Shown: positions 29,677-38,991 of the stretch, in pieces
How positions within the stretch are numbered: the first letter of the stretch is position 1
Layout: each line of letters begins with the position of its first letter
Origin: a virus
DNA: 64,000 bases
IMG/VR virus record: IMGVR_UViG_3300017748_000003
Location: 1 to 64,000 of that record
Reading direction: 5' to 3' (one strand)
Translations under genes and position numbers: made by a program
The notes under the pieces: model-generated
What the model was told of the DNA's origin: nothing
Database searches by the model: none
Seen by the model: the letters and a program-made list of their open reading frames with translations, nothing else

Positions 29677-30204
29677 CTAAGCATAAAGCGACACCTCAAC
29701 GTGCTGCTCAGCCTTCTCACGAAGTAAGCTCTGAAAATCTACTTCACGCTGCTTACGCTTACGGTCGTTATTCTCCCACGCTGCCCAATCATCAAGACAG
29801 TTAGAGTAAGGTCGCCGCTCTGCCGGAACTGAGATAAATCCATAATGATTGTTAAGCACTCCTGTATTCTCCAGATACGCCAAGTGCGGCCTTACGTAAG
29901 ATAATTCAACTCCGCTAAGCTCACTTATCGTCTCAGCGTCAAGGTTAACCGGCATTGTCGGATCAAGGATAGACAGATCAATTTTAACGCCCTTACCAGC
30001 TTTAAGCATAGAACCGAACGCATTCCGTAACGGTGTGCGCTTACCTCGCGCCCGTTCAAGGCATGGACCCCATGCAATAAACGTAACGCGCTCTGCACCT
30101 ACCGATGCTGCGGCTTCGCGTCGTATGCGCCATGCTTCACGCATAATGTTTGAGTTAACTTGATTTTTAATAAACTTAGGATGTTGGGATGCGATGTCAT
30201 TCAT
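29677..30204 (-). CDS. Hypothetical protein, possible winged-helix DNA-binding domain
   Basis: 'AETISELSGVELSYVRPHLAYLENTGVL' resembles a wHTH; ATG 9 nt after the -10. Confidence 0.55.
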   Translation of the reverse strand: MNDIASQHPKFIKNQVNSNIMREAWRIRREAAASVGAERVTFIAWGPCLERARGKRTPLRNAFGSMLKAGKGVKIDLSILDPTMPVNLDAETISELSGVELSYVRPHLAYLENTGVLNNHYGFISVPAERRPYSNCLDDWAAWENNDRKRKQREVDFQSLLREKAEQHVEVSLYA

Positions 30205-30262
30205 AACGAGATCACTATAGCTCAGGAATGATTATTTGCAAGCAATAAATGATATTAGACAT

Positions 30263-30305
30263 AAAAAAAACTGGCTCACCTCCAGTAAAGAAGATAAGCC
30301 AGTTC
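30263..30305 (-). terminator. Intrinsic terminator after the terminase/phosphoesterase operon
   Basis: AACTGGCTTATCTTC/GAGGTGAGCCAGTT stem plus T run. Confidence 0.85.
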
Positions 30306-30329
30306 TAGTTAGGCATCTCGGCCTATAAA

Positions 30330-31232
30330 TTATAAGGAGCGTCTTACGTCATACGTAACTTTATGATTAGAACTATCCCAAGCAAACTTTAGCCATAAAC
30401 AACCTAAGGGCTTAGGTGGCATACCCCTAAGGTCTTCCCACGAGTCTTTGCCGAACTTGTTCTTAGCTGACGGTATCTTTAAGTGCAGCCTCTCGCTATG
30501 AACGAGGTTACCTTGCTGACTTACCCTCACGGTAGACTGCGGCCATATCCAAGAGTCGTGAGTATGCCCACTAACCACTATGTCCACGTTGTCTAAATAC
30601 ACACCCTGTCTATTAGCTTGAATGGTATCCTTAGTAACGGGTCCACCGCCGCCGTAACCGTGAGTATGCCACATAACCACCGTCTGAGAGTAGCCTTTCT
30701 TCTGGTCCAGAGTCTTATGATCTTTAAAGCAGATCCTAGTAAAGCCTGAGTATCGGTGTCGGATACACTGGCTTCCCTTTGCCCTCAGATTAGATACGAG
30801 CCTTTCAGTAAGGTTAGTTTCCCTGCGGTCGTGAATAGACTTCTCATGGTTCCCCGGACACATCCAAGCAAACAGGTCAGCGTAAGGGCTAAGATAGTCG
30901 GTAGCTGTGTTTACAAGAGCATCCAAGTAATCTCCTGATGTGTGCTCTGGTCTTAGTGCTGACTTGCTTGATCTAGGGTCATACTTGCCTTGCATAGCGC
31001 AAAAGAAATCACCTACGTCAATGATAGCGGCATTCATTTGCCTAGCCTGACGCAACTGCTCATTCATCATCTTATGATCTGAGTCAGGGTTGTCCCAATG
31101 CCTGTCAGCCCATAATAAAACCCACCAATTCCAATCTCCGTTTCTAACTACCGGAACATCTATCCTTGCGGAGTCTCCCTCCCATGCGCTACTAAACAGG
31201 GGCTTTTCTTGAGGTATAAGATCATCGCTCAT
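30330..31232 (-). CDS. Calcineurin-like metallophosphoesterase
   Basis: DxH (ADRH), GD, GNHE, HG and GHTH motifs. Confidence 0.88.
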   Translation of the reverse strand: MSDDLIPQEKPLFSSAWEGDSARIDVPVVRNGDWNWWVLLWADRHWDNPDSDHKMMNEQLRQARQMNAAIIDVGDFFCAMQGKYDPRSSKSALRPEHTSGDYLDALVNTATDYLSPYADLFAWMCPGNHEKSIHDRRETNLTERLVSNLRAKGSQCIRHRYSGFTRICFKDHKTLDQKKGYSQTVVMWHTHGYGGGGPVTKDTIQANRQGVYLDNVDIVVSGHTHDSWIWPQSTVRVSQQGNLVHSERLHLKIPSAKNKFGKDSWEDLRGMPPKPLGCLWLKFAWDSSNHKVTYDVRRSL

Positions 31233-31318
31233 ATATAAGGTATTTGGGGTAATAAATCGCAGTCCTCAAATACAACGATTACACTAAATGTGTATAAAGT
31301 CAATATAAAGTAAAGACA

Positions 31319-31573
31319 CTAAGTCTGCTCTCCAGATTTCTTAAAATCATCATACATAATTACCTTAAGTATAAACGTTAACTCATCAACCGCAGCATTA
31401 ACCTGAGAGATCTCATTATCTATGCTAGTCATAGTATCATCATACTGCTCTAACATACCGGATAAGATAACTCCGTTGTCATAAAACGTTTCTCTCATCT
31501 TAAGCTTATGCTTAACTAGCTGAGATATTTTACGCTGCAAATACTCAATCCTTTGTTCAATAATCTGATCCAT
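31319..31573 (-). CDS. Hypothetical coiled-coil protein
   Basis: 84 aa. Confidence 0.6.
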   Translation of the reverse strand: MDQIIEQRIEYLQRKISQLVKHKLKMRETFYDNGVILSGMLEQYDDTMTSIDNEISQVNAAVDELTFILKVIMYDDFKKSGEQT

Positions 31574-31575
31574 AA

Positions 31576-31779
31576 TTACTCACTCCAAGCGATTAGTGAT
31601 TTAGGGAATTTCTTCAGAATCTTGTCTCGGTAAGCCTCAGCCTTTCGGCGGTTACCGTAAAACGGTATCACTCGGGTTTCTCCAACGGCAACGCCGTTGC
31701 TGTCTTTCAGTTGGTAACTCAGTTCAATCATAACATACCAATCTAGCACATATCCGAATGTATGCAAGCAATAAATCAC
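31576..31779 (-). CDS. Hypothetical protein
   Basis: Small ORF after terL; start uncertain. Confidence 0.5.
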   Translation of the reverse strand: MIYCLHTFGYVLDWYVMIELSYQLKDSNGVAVGETRVIPFYGNRRKAEAYRDKILKKFPKSLIAWSE

Positions 31780-33269
31780 GCTATAAGCAATCTAGGCTTA
31801 GACTGAAGTAACTCATAAGCTACTGATACGGCATCAACCTGATCGTCATGTAAAGCCTCAGGGAAAAGCTCAAGCTCAGTAGTAAAGTCTAAATTCCATG
31901 CTCCACGGACAATAAATACTTTACCTGCCTCTACCAAGTTAATCCACGGCTGAGCACGCAGTAACTTTCCTCCTCTTGGTGGATTTTTCTTCTCCACTTT
32001 TACATCACCCATCAACTGCTCCCTAACATCTTGATAAACTGCATCAAAGCCGCCCACTCCTTCTACGCCTATCCTAAAAACTCTGTAAGCTTCTCTATCT
32101 ACACGGCTAGTCTCTAATATTCTTGCTCTCATTCTAGCCCAAGCTAACTGACCTTTAGTTACATCAATAATGTAAAATCTCTTCTCTCGATCAATAGCGC
32201 ATAAAGCCCCTGCCGTGTAGTCAGAAGATTGCTTCTCAGTCAACGCTAAATCCCATCCACGAACCCACTCAACGTCTTTAGGGACTTCTTCAAGGGTAGT
32301 GTAATTTATTTTAGATACATCAACCTGACCTGACGATGCAGCTACGGGTCTTCCCATGTATTGAGATTCCCACTCATAAGAGGGAATCATAGCTTTTTGA
32401 CCTTCTAAGAATGAAATAGGTCTTTCCTCTGGAAATAAAGCATCTCCTATCTCTCTGCCTAAAGGATCATCTTCTGAGTTACAGATTGCCGGTAAATTAG
32501 TAACTTGAAATATTCTATCAGCCTGACCTGCATCTTGCAGTCTTTGCTTAGACTCTTCTGATATAAGGTGTCCTATAAGATCGTCAGGATGCCACCTAGT
32601 TCCTATAATGAAGATTTTAGCATCTTTAGAAATACGGCTAATACAATCACCGTAAAACCACTGAATAATATTTCTCCTTGAGGACGGCGACTCTGCTTCC
32701 TTACGTCCAGCATGAGCATCATCAATGATAAGCCAATCAACCCTTCGTCCAGTAAGTTTAGATCCGGCAGACCTTATCTGAACAGAAGTGCCATTTGAGA
32801 ATACCTTAGCGAATCTAGTGTTTTGACCCCATACGGGATGAACATCAGGGAATATCTGCTGATATATTGAACTCTCAGTTAGCGAGATAACTTCTTTCAT
32901 GAAGTCAGCTAACAATGCTCCAGAGAATCCTGTCATCCCTATGTGTAAGCCTGGGAACTTTCCAATAAGCCAAGCAACTGCACGAACGCATAACATACGG
33001 CTCTTACCATGCTGAGGTGGAACTGAAATAGTTTGGTTAGGTCCTCTATCTCCAGACAAGACTTCAGTTACTATGGTAGCCAAGTATTTATGTAAATCAC
33101 CTATCGTATAATTACGTGACTCAACTTGAGGATGTATTATATGTAAAAACGAAAGAAGATCTTCCCTAGCAGCCTCAACAAGGGCCTCCATCACAGCTAA
33201 GTGTTCCTCTTGAGTAAAAGTAACTTGCTGGTCTTGTGGTTCAGCTTCCGGCATCGCCATCTCCTTCAT
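31776..33269 (-). CDS. terL: Terminase large subunit
   Basis: Walker A 'VPPQHGKS', Walker B 'LIIDD', 'GTRWH', nuclease 'GWDLA...SDYTA...HDDQVDA'. Confidence 0.95.
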   Translation of the reverse strand: MKEMAMPEAEPQDQQVTFTQEEHLAVMEALVEAAREDLLSFLHIIHPQVESRNYTIGDLHKYLATIVTEVLSGDRGPNQTISVPPQHGKSRMLCVRAVAWLIGKFPGLHIGMTGFSGALLADFMKEVISLTESSIYQQIFPDVHPVWGQNTRFAKVFSNGTSVQIRSAGSKLTGRRVDWLIIDDAHAGRKEAESPSSRRNIIQWFYGDCISRISKDAKIFIIGTRWHPDDLIGHLISEESKQRLQDAGQADRIFQVTNLPAICNSEDDPLGREIGDALFPEERPISFLEGQKAMIPSYEWESQYMGRPVAASSGQVDVSKINYTTLEEVPKDVEWVRGWDLALTEKQSSDYTAGALCAIDREKRFYIIDVTKGQLAWARMRARILETSRVDREAYRVFRIGVEGVGGFDAVYQDVREQLMGDVKVEKKNPPRGGKLLRAQPWINLVEAGKVFIVRGAWNLDFTTELELFPEALHDDQVDAVSVAYELLQSKPRLLIA

Positions 33270-33843
33270 CTTGGGTAATAGCTAACTTCAAATCTGGCTT
33301 TGTAGCTAATACTCCTCTTAAAGCAGCTAACTTCTCCTCGTCGTTTAAAGTTCCCTCGTCTACAGATCCAGTAAGAAATACGCCGCCATCTGCATTTCCC
33401 ACATCTACTCTCTCGCGCCTACCGAACTCTTGAGGATTACGCCTTTCTAGGAACCATGCCGCCGCTTGCCACGACTTTCCAGAGCCAGCAGCTTTTTGTA
33501 TAACCATAACATTTCTATGTTCAGCCTCTGCACAAGCGGATTCAATACGGTCATAAACTTCCTTAGCTTTACAGCCTTCTGGAGCTTTCTCACCTTCCTT
33601 TCTCCAGCGATAAAGTGCATCCTTAGATATACCCGCTAAGCGTGCAGCGTTAGTATAAGTATTACCTGCGATAAGCGCATCGCATACCTTCTTAACTACC
33701 TTGTCATCAAAACGTCGATCTGGTCTACCTCCTTGATCTAAAGGAACGGTGTTACCCATAACATCAACCCTAGTAGCAACGCGCTCTTGGGTTTCAATAG
33801 CTCTCTTCCGTCTTCTAGCCCTGACTGCTTTAGTTACTCCCAT
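33241..33843 (-). CDS. terS: Terminase small subunit
   Basis: HTH 'YTNAARLAGISKDALYRW' and 'WQAAAWFLERR'; directly upstream of terL. Confidence 0.85.
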   Translation of the reverse strand: MGVTKAVRARRRKRAIETQERVATRVDVMGNTVPLDQGGRPDRRFDDKVVKKVCDALIAGNTYTNAARLAGISKDALYRWRKEGEKAPEGCKAKEVYDRIESACAEAEHRNVMVIQKAAGSGKSWQAAAWFLERRNPQEFGRRERVDVGNADGGVFLTGSVDEGTLNDEEKLAALRGVLATKPDLKLAITQDEGDGDAGS

Positions 33844-33898
33844 AATACGTAAGGTTACATTTGCACGAATGGCAAACCATCAACGCTAAGATCTTTGC

Positions 33899-34513
33899 TT
33901 AGCTATCATCCTCAGCATTAGCCACAGATCTAGCTTTAGCTACAATCTCTCTAAACTCTTCTATGGTAAATACATTCTCCTCAAGACAATGTGGGCAAAG
34001 AAGATCGATCACCGTATCTTCTGTTTCTCCGTCAGAACCTTGAGAGGACCCAGGCGTGGGGACTTGCTGATCGAGCGGCTCCTCACCTTCGTCAGTATCA
34101 TCTTGTGCATCGTTAAAAGAGCTTAGATCCATAATGTCTTTCCACTCCTCCGATTGAAAGAATCCAGCAATATTCTCCATTGACCCAGCACCGAGATCCT
34201 CAAGCTCTTTTTCAAGAGTATCCATGTCCCACTCAGTAAACTCTCCAGCCTTATTGTCTGCGATCCGAAACTGCCTAGCCTTCTCTTCATCTAGTTCAAC
34301 TTGGACAATCCTTACCTTCTCGTATCCAAGCTGAACCAAGGCCCTATACCTAGCGTGACCAGCCAAAATAACTCCGTCTTGGTCAACTACGATAGGCACT
34401 GTGTAGCCATATTTCTGTATAGAGTCCTTAAGAGCGGCTACCGTATCATCGTTTTTCCTTGGATTACGCCAGTAAGGTCGGATGTCATTAATGCTAACTT
34501 CTACAATGTTCAT
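33899..34513 (-). CDS. ParB/Srx-like N-terminal domain protein
   Basis: 'IRPYWRNPRKN..SIQKYGYTVPIVVD..ILAGHARY..FRIADNK'; C-terminal CPHC. Confidence 0.9.
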   Translation of the reverse strand: MNIVEVSINDIRPYWRNPRKNDDTVAALKDSIQKYGYTVPIVVDQDGVILAGHARYRALVQLGYEKVRIVQVELDEEKARQFRIADNKAGEFTEWDMDTLEKELEDLGAGSMENIAGFFQSEEWKDIMDLSSFNDAQDDTDEGEEPLDQQVPTPGSSQGSDGETEDTVIDLLCPHCLEENVFTIEEFREIVAKARSVANAEDDS

Positions 34514-34558
34514 TGAATGGTGGGGTAATGTTTTAGAATTAGTGATCGTTATATGCAT

Positions 34559-35125
34559 TTAATCGCCAAGTCTTGAATCAACGTAAAATTTTTCTGAACA
34601 ATGACCGCACTTAATCTCTACCATGCGTGAATGAGCCTCTTCATCTCTGTTCTTATAATGATTCTCGTTAGCCTCAAGCTTCTTATCAATCTGTTCTTGC
34701 GTGGGAGCTATCGCAGAGGCTCCAGCCTCATCTAACGACCCCATAATATTCTCTAACTCACTTTCATCATACCAATCAGCCATTTCTCCGGCTGCTGCTA
34801 CTGCACGAAGTTCATCCTTGAGAAGATCGTGATCCCATACAGACATCTCAGAGATTCTATTATCAATAATACGGAACTCTCTGGCTTGCTCTTCTGTAAG
34901 ATCTGACGCTACTAAAACCGTAACTTTTTCCCACTTAAGTTCCTTTATAGCTAACAACCTTGTGTGGCCTGTAAGGACTACGTTGTTTTCGTCAACCACT
35001 ATTGGCACGTTGTATCCAAACCGTTCGATAGATTTCTTTACGGCATTAATAGCGTCAGCAGAAGCCTTACGGGGATTCTTTTCGTAAGGCTTAATGTCAG
35101 TTATAGGTAAAACTTTTTTATTCAT
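34559..35125 (-). CDS. ParB/Srx-like N-terminal domain protein (paralog)
   Basis: 'IKPYEKNPRK..SIERFGYNVPIVVD..LTGHTRL..FRIIDNR'; C-terminal CGHC. Confidence 0.9.
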   Translation of the reverse strand: MNKKVLPITDIKPYEKNPRKASADAINAVKKSIERFGYNVPIVVDENNVVLTGHTRLLAIKELKWEKVTVLVASDLTEEQAREFRIIDNRISEMSVWDHDLLKDELRAVAAAGEMADWYDESELENIMGSLDEAGASAIAPTQEQIDKKLEANENHYKNRDEEAHSRMVEIKCGHCSEKFYVDSRLGD

Positions 35126-35961
35126 TCTATAATTAATTGTTGGTGATTTTTCTGGTGAAATTCGTGAGCGGCCTGAGTCAGTGCTGAATCCCCAACGTGG
35201 AAGTCAACCCCCTTCATGGTCTTCATCATCACGTCCCACCCATCCTTGGCCCCCTTCGGCGGTTCGGCAGGAACTATATACTCCTCTGGGAGCCTGACAA
35301 GCGTAGTGTTACCAGTCATCTTTGCCCACATTCGGAACATCGCTTTCCCGTCAACGTGCTGAATGGCATGGACAGCACAGACCTTGTTGTAGTGGTAGTT
35401 AATCCCTCCGGCGAGGTAGGCGTGCAGGGAGTAGCTCAGGTCATCCCAGCAGAAGTTCCTGCCTTCGTGGAGCTTCATCATTCGCTTCGCGCTCGCCCTC
35501 GACATCATCATCCCGCCGCGCAGGTGAAGCATCACTTTCTTCTCGATGGTTGGCTTGTCCTTGCGGACGAACTCCTTCACGCGATTGACCGTGTTCTTGC
35601 TCTCAACCGTCACGACCCCAGTATCATGCCGCATCGCCAGAGGCTCGGCTAAGATGTAGGGCTTCGTCTCTTCGATGAAATACATATCATCGTCTGCAAA
35701 GCAGATGAGATCGTAGCCTTCCTGCAACGCTAGATTCAGACCAGCGAACCGTGCGCCTACCATCCCGATCATGTCCGGGAAGCTAAGCACCGACCTAACC
35801 TTCGGGAATGGGGAAAGCTGTTTTTCGGTCGGATGGAATCCCTGCGGCACGAGGATAATGTCCCATCCCCTAAGAGGCTGGTGCTCTTCCTCAGTCTTGA
35901 GGAAACGCCAGATCATCTCCTCTCGATGATGTACGCAGGGAACTATAACGGCTCTTCTCAT
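35122..35961 (-). CDS. GT-A fold glycosyltransferase (GT2-like)
   Basis: 'AVIVPC', 'GARFAGL', 'FADDD' (DxD), 'WDDL' motifs. Confidence 0.7.
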   Translation of the reverse strand: MRRAVIVPCVHHREEMIWRFLKTEEEHQPLRGWDIILVPQGFHPTEKQLSPFPKVRSVLSFPDMIGMVGARFAGLNLALQEGYDLICFADDDMYFIEETKPYILAEPLAMRHDTGVVTVESKNTVNRVKEFVRKDKPTIEKKVMLHLRGGMMMSRASAKRMMKLHEGRNFCWDDLSYSLHAYLAGGINYHYNKVCAVHAIQHVDGKAMFRMWAKMTGNTTLVRLPEEYIVPAEPPKGAKDGWDVMMKTMKGVDFHVGDSALTQAAHEFHQKNHQQLIIE

Positions 35962-36641
35962 ACGGTCATCTCTTCTTCCGGGTGCTCCTCTTTATATTTC
36001 TTTTTAGCCAAAAGCTGATTTTTCATTTCCCACGCTTTCTTATACTCTACGTCCTCAAATAGCTTACTAAATCCTGTAACGTGCTTAAGCCTTACAAGTT
36101 CGTCAGCCTCCATGCCAAGCTCAGCGCAAATCTCAGCATCAGACCAGCCATTATCTAACATCTCCAACACCATATTACCCATACCAGCCACCGAATGCTT
36201 ACCCCGTGCGCGGTTATGCCTAACAGTAGATGCCATGCGATCATTAATCTGCTTGTCTAGGACAACGATAGGGAGGAAGCCCTTGCACCACTTCTTAATA
36301 TCAGCGTTCATACGCATTGTGGTAAATCTGTGAAAGCCGTCAATGATAACATACTTATCTTTAGCCTCATCATAGATAGTAACCACAGGCTGAGTATAGC
36401 CGTCATGCTTAATCGAAGTGTATAGAAGCCCCATCTCAGTTTTAGCTACGGAGTTAGGGTTATAGTCATTCGCCTCAACTTGCTCTACAGGGACCCATCG
36501 TATATTGGCAATAGGTTGTTCTGAGAGAGGGCTACGATCAAAAATCCATTGAGAGATTTCTTGCTGCCTGTCTATCTTCTCTCTAGCGTTATCGCAGTCT
36601 GAGAAGAGGGACTCCAAGGTAGATTGCTGTTCTTTAGTCAT
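35958..36641 (-). CDS. IbrB-like ParB-domain protein
   Basis: 'VEANDYNPNSVA..SIKHDGYTQPVV..IIDGFHR..RMASTVRHNRARGKH..GWSDAEICAELGM'. Confidence 0.9.
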   Translation of the reverse strand: MTKEQQSTLESLFSDCDNAREKIDRQQEISQWIFDRSPLSEQPIANIRWVPVEQVEANDYNPNSVAKTEMGLLYTSIKHDGYTQPVVTIYDEAKDKYVIIDGFHRFTTMRMNADIKKWCKGFLPIVVLDKQINDRMASTVRHNRARGKHSVAGMGNMVLEMLDNGWSDAEICAELGMEADELVRLKHVTGFSKLFEDVEYKKAWEMKNQLLAKKKYKEEHPEEEMTV

Positions 36642-36701
36642 TAGTCTTTATACTCAATTACAGTTTTTGGTAAATTATCTAAGAGATAAAAGCTACACCA
36701 C

Positions 36702-37904
36702 TCACACAACGGAATCCTCGTGTTCGTCATGCGTTTGCACGATGGGCAAATCACCGTCTTTAGGGTCAGATGCTTCTGTAGCTTCTTTTCTAGCTTTTCG
36801 GTTAGCTTTGGCGATTCCATAATTCTGAGGTGCAGCCATAAAATTATCCATCTTTACTCCCTCCCAATCATTACATAAAACAGCACGGGCTTGGCATTTA
36901 TACATACCCTTTTCATTATGACCAGCTAGGTCTAGCTCCATCCTAGCAAAATTTTTCTTAAATCTCTCTTTCCAATCTTCGTCTTCTATAAGCTTATCTA
37001 ATAAATGATCCCTATACTCACGCCAACCAGAGAACATTGGTGGAACTTCTTTTGGGAAATAATCAGCAAAGCCCATCTTACCTGCCATATCTATTCCTGA
37101 GATTCTTTGAACTAACTTCTCGTAAGTCTCAGGCTCCACTTCTTGAATTATAAATAAAGACCATACCGCTGTTTCATGGTGGACGTTAGATACTCGCATC
37201 TTACCCGTCTCAACCCCATAACGATAAAAATGATCGTAAAGCTTACAGTAAGACCAGCCATGCTCGTGAATTGCCTTCCAGACATCAGTATATGACCAAT
37301 CGTAAATAGGATAAAAGGTAAGATTAGGGTTCTCCTCCTTCTGAGTTATCTTAAGCTTTTTAACCCAAGTAACCCATTTGTGTCCCGGAGTTCCTGTAAG
37401 TCCAGCAGCGCGTGAAGGGGACTCTTCTGCTCGGACACCAGCTAAAAAAGCTGTTCTCTTATCCGGCCATATAGCTTTTGGTATATGGGTAAACATCTTA
37501 CTAAAACGATCAGTCCCTAAGTTGTTTTCTGTAATAGCGTAATCTTCCTTAGGACGAATCCACCGATCCTCCTCCTCAGGACTCCAGCACTGTAACCAAT
37601 GCTCTTCAGTAGATGTAGCATTAAAGAGCCTAAAAGGAACCTGTAACCAGTAAGGCTCAACATCAGGGTGCTCCATCTGCTCTCTTACAGCATCAATGGT
37701 AGCTTGCCACTCTGCTTCTTGATCAAGGAATAACACTTTAAGCTTCTCACCACGGGATTGAGCCTCAGCCAGAGCAAGTTCAAATACGATTGTAGAATCC
37801 TTACCCCCAGAAGAACTAACTACGACGTTCTCAAATTCATCAAAGATCCACTTGATCCTCGCCTTTGCCGCCTCAAGAACGTTTCTATTTGAGTAAATTT
37901 TCAT
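36702..37904 (-). CDS. IbrA-like PAPS reductase-family (PP-loop) protein
   Basis: 'VSSSGGKDS', 'FLDQEAE', 'GVRAEESPSR', 'YPIYDW..DVW', 'MRVS'. Confidence 0.9.
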   Translation of the reverse strand: MKIYSNRNVLEAAKARIKWIFDEFENVVVSSSGGKDSTIVFELALAEAQSRGEKLKVLFLDQEAEWQATIDAVREQMEHPDVEPYWLQVPFRLFNATSTEEHWLQCWSPEEEDRWIRPKEDYAITENNLGTDRFSKMFTHIPKAIWPDKRTAFLAGVRAEESPSRAAGLTGTPGHKWVTWVKKLKITQKEENPNLTFYPIYDWSYTDVWKAIHEHGWSYCKLYDHFYRYGVETGKMRVSNVHHETAVWSLFIIQEVEPETYEKLVQRISGIDMAGKMGFADYFPKEVPPMFSGWREYRDHLLDKLIEDEDWKERFKKNFARMELDLAGHNEKGMYKCQARAVLCNDWEGVKMDNFMAAPQNYGIAKANRKARKEATEASDPKDGDLPIVQTHDEHEDSVV

Positions 37905-38416
37905 TCAGGTAGGTGACCTCCTTTTGATCCAGTAAGCAGTCCCAAGAGAAGAGGAATGGCTTCTTCTGGTGCGTAAGGTTTTGAAGAGTCAACCGATGCC
38001 GCAAGATAATATTTAGGCTTCTCTGTAGCATCCTCGCGTGGTAGCACGGCGTGAGGCGACCACGTATCCAGCAGGAAATAAGTCCCTCTAGTTAGGGGCA
38101 GACCTACTTTATTGTAGCCTGACAATTCATACTCATCTACGAAGAAAAGAATCTGCATGGTGTAACGCAGAAATCCCGGGTCAATATGAAGAGGCACACC
38201 CTTCTTCGCTCCAATGTAATGAGGGTCCATCTCTGCTCTCTTATCGGGAGCACGCTTCCACGTCTTAAGGTATCTGTTTGGTCCTCCGAACACTATATCC
38301 AGTTCTTCTTGAGTAGGTGTCCATGCATCGTCAGGCAACTCAACGTAAGTAGACATCAGCACAGGGTTCGGTACCATGTGGGTTTCTAAAGGGTCTGTGT
38401 ATTTAAAAGCTCCCAT
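37901..38416 (-). CDS. Putative 2OG-Fe(II) dioxygenase (DSBH fold)
   Basis: HxD 'VPLHIDPG' and distal His 'LDTWSPHAV'; the terminal Arg is not evident. Confidence 0.55.
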   Translation of the reverse strand: MGAFKYTDPLETHMVPNPVLMSTYVELPDDAWTPTQEELDIVFGGPNRYLKTWKRAPDKRAEMDPHYIGAKKGVPLHIDPGFLRYTMQILFFVDEYELSGYNKVGLPLTRGTYFLLDTWSPHAVLPREDATEKPKYYLAASVDSSKPYAPEEAIPLLLGLLTGSKGGHLPE

Positions 38417-38418
38417 AA

Positions 38419-38991
38419 TTAATAAGGTATTGGATTTGAAAATGTTTTCGATTGACGCTTGGACGAACGCTTAGGATCAATCACGCTCTTGCCTTCAAGA
38501 TGGTCGACTAGGCTCGGACAATGAATCCAGTATTTCTTCTTCTCCACTTTCTTAAAGTAAAACCGGACAACCATATCAAGAGGCTCCTTGTATAGCAGCT
38601 TAGGATCGTCACGATCTTGACGTAACATGTATTCAGACATTCTTCGGCTCCACCCTGCCGGAAGGTAAAAGCACTGAGCCATAAGAAAGCTGTTGTCCCA
38701 ACGAGACCCTTCGGTAAGGTCGGCCTTCCTCATAGAAAAGAACTGGATAGCGGTATCGGGCATCGAGGCGATCACAGATTCAACCTTCTCGTTAAATCCC
38801 TGAGTCAGAATAATGTCATCTTCCATGTGCAAAGCGGCATCGTGACCTGCTTGCAGAAGAGCGCGGTAAAAGGTATCCCACGCTGATTGGGTCGTATCCA
38901 TACAGAACTCCGCACCCTTCAAGTGCTTCTGTAAATAATCAACACAATGAGGTCGATGATTAGGAACTGCTCTTACGATTCGTCTTGTCAT
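38419..38991 (-). CDS. Glycosyltransferase-like protein (GT25-like)
   Basis: 'LHMEDDIIL' and 'CPSLVDH' motifs. Confidence 0.7.
   Translation of the reverse strand: MTRRIVRAVPNHRPHCVDYLQKHLKGAEFCMDTTQSAWDTFYRALLQAGHDAALHMEDDIILTQGFNEKVESVIASMPDTAIQFFSMRKADLTEGSRWDNSFLMAQCFYLPAGWSRRMSEYMLRQDRDDPKLLYKEPLDMVVRFYFKKVEKKKYWIHCPSLVDHLEGKSVIDPKRSSKRQSKTFSNPIPY

Larger units (their letters stand above)
25661..30241 (-). promoter_or_regulatory. Eight copies of the conserved promoter in the small-gene island
   Basis: -10..-35 spans 25661-25688, 26337-26364, 26882-26909, 27179-27206, 27415-27442, 29199-29226, 29617-29644, 30214-30241; all TTGCAA-N16-TATRBT, most with an AT-rich upstream element. Confidence 0.85.

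Noticed and set aside
25650-30260. Repeated ~45-55 bp sequence as a CRISPR array
   Set aside because: Copies are hundreds of bases apart, separated by ORFs, and contain -35/-10 boxes; they are promoters
33899-36641. ParB genes as a plasmid-prophage partition system
   Set aside because: No ParA in the window; these are ParB-N/IbrB types in a modification-terminase context
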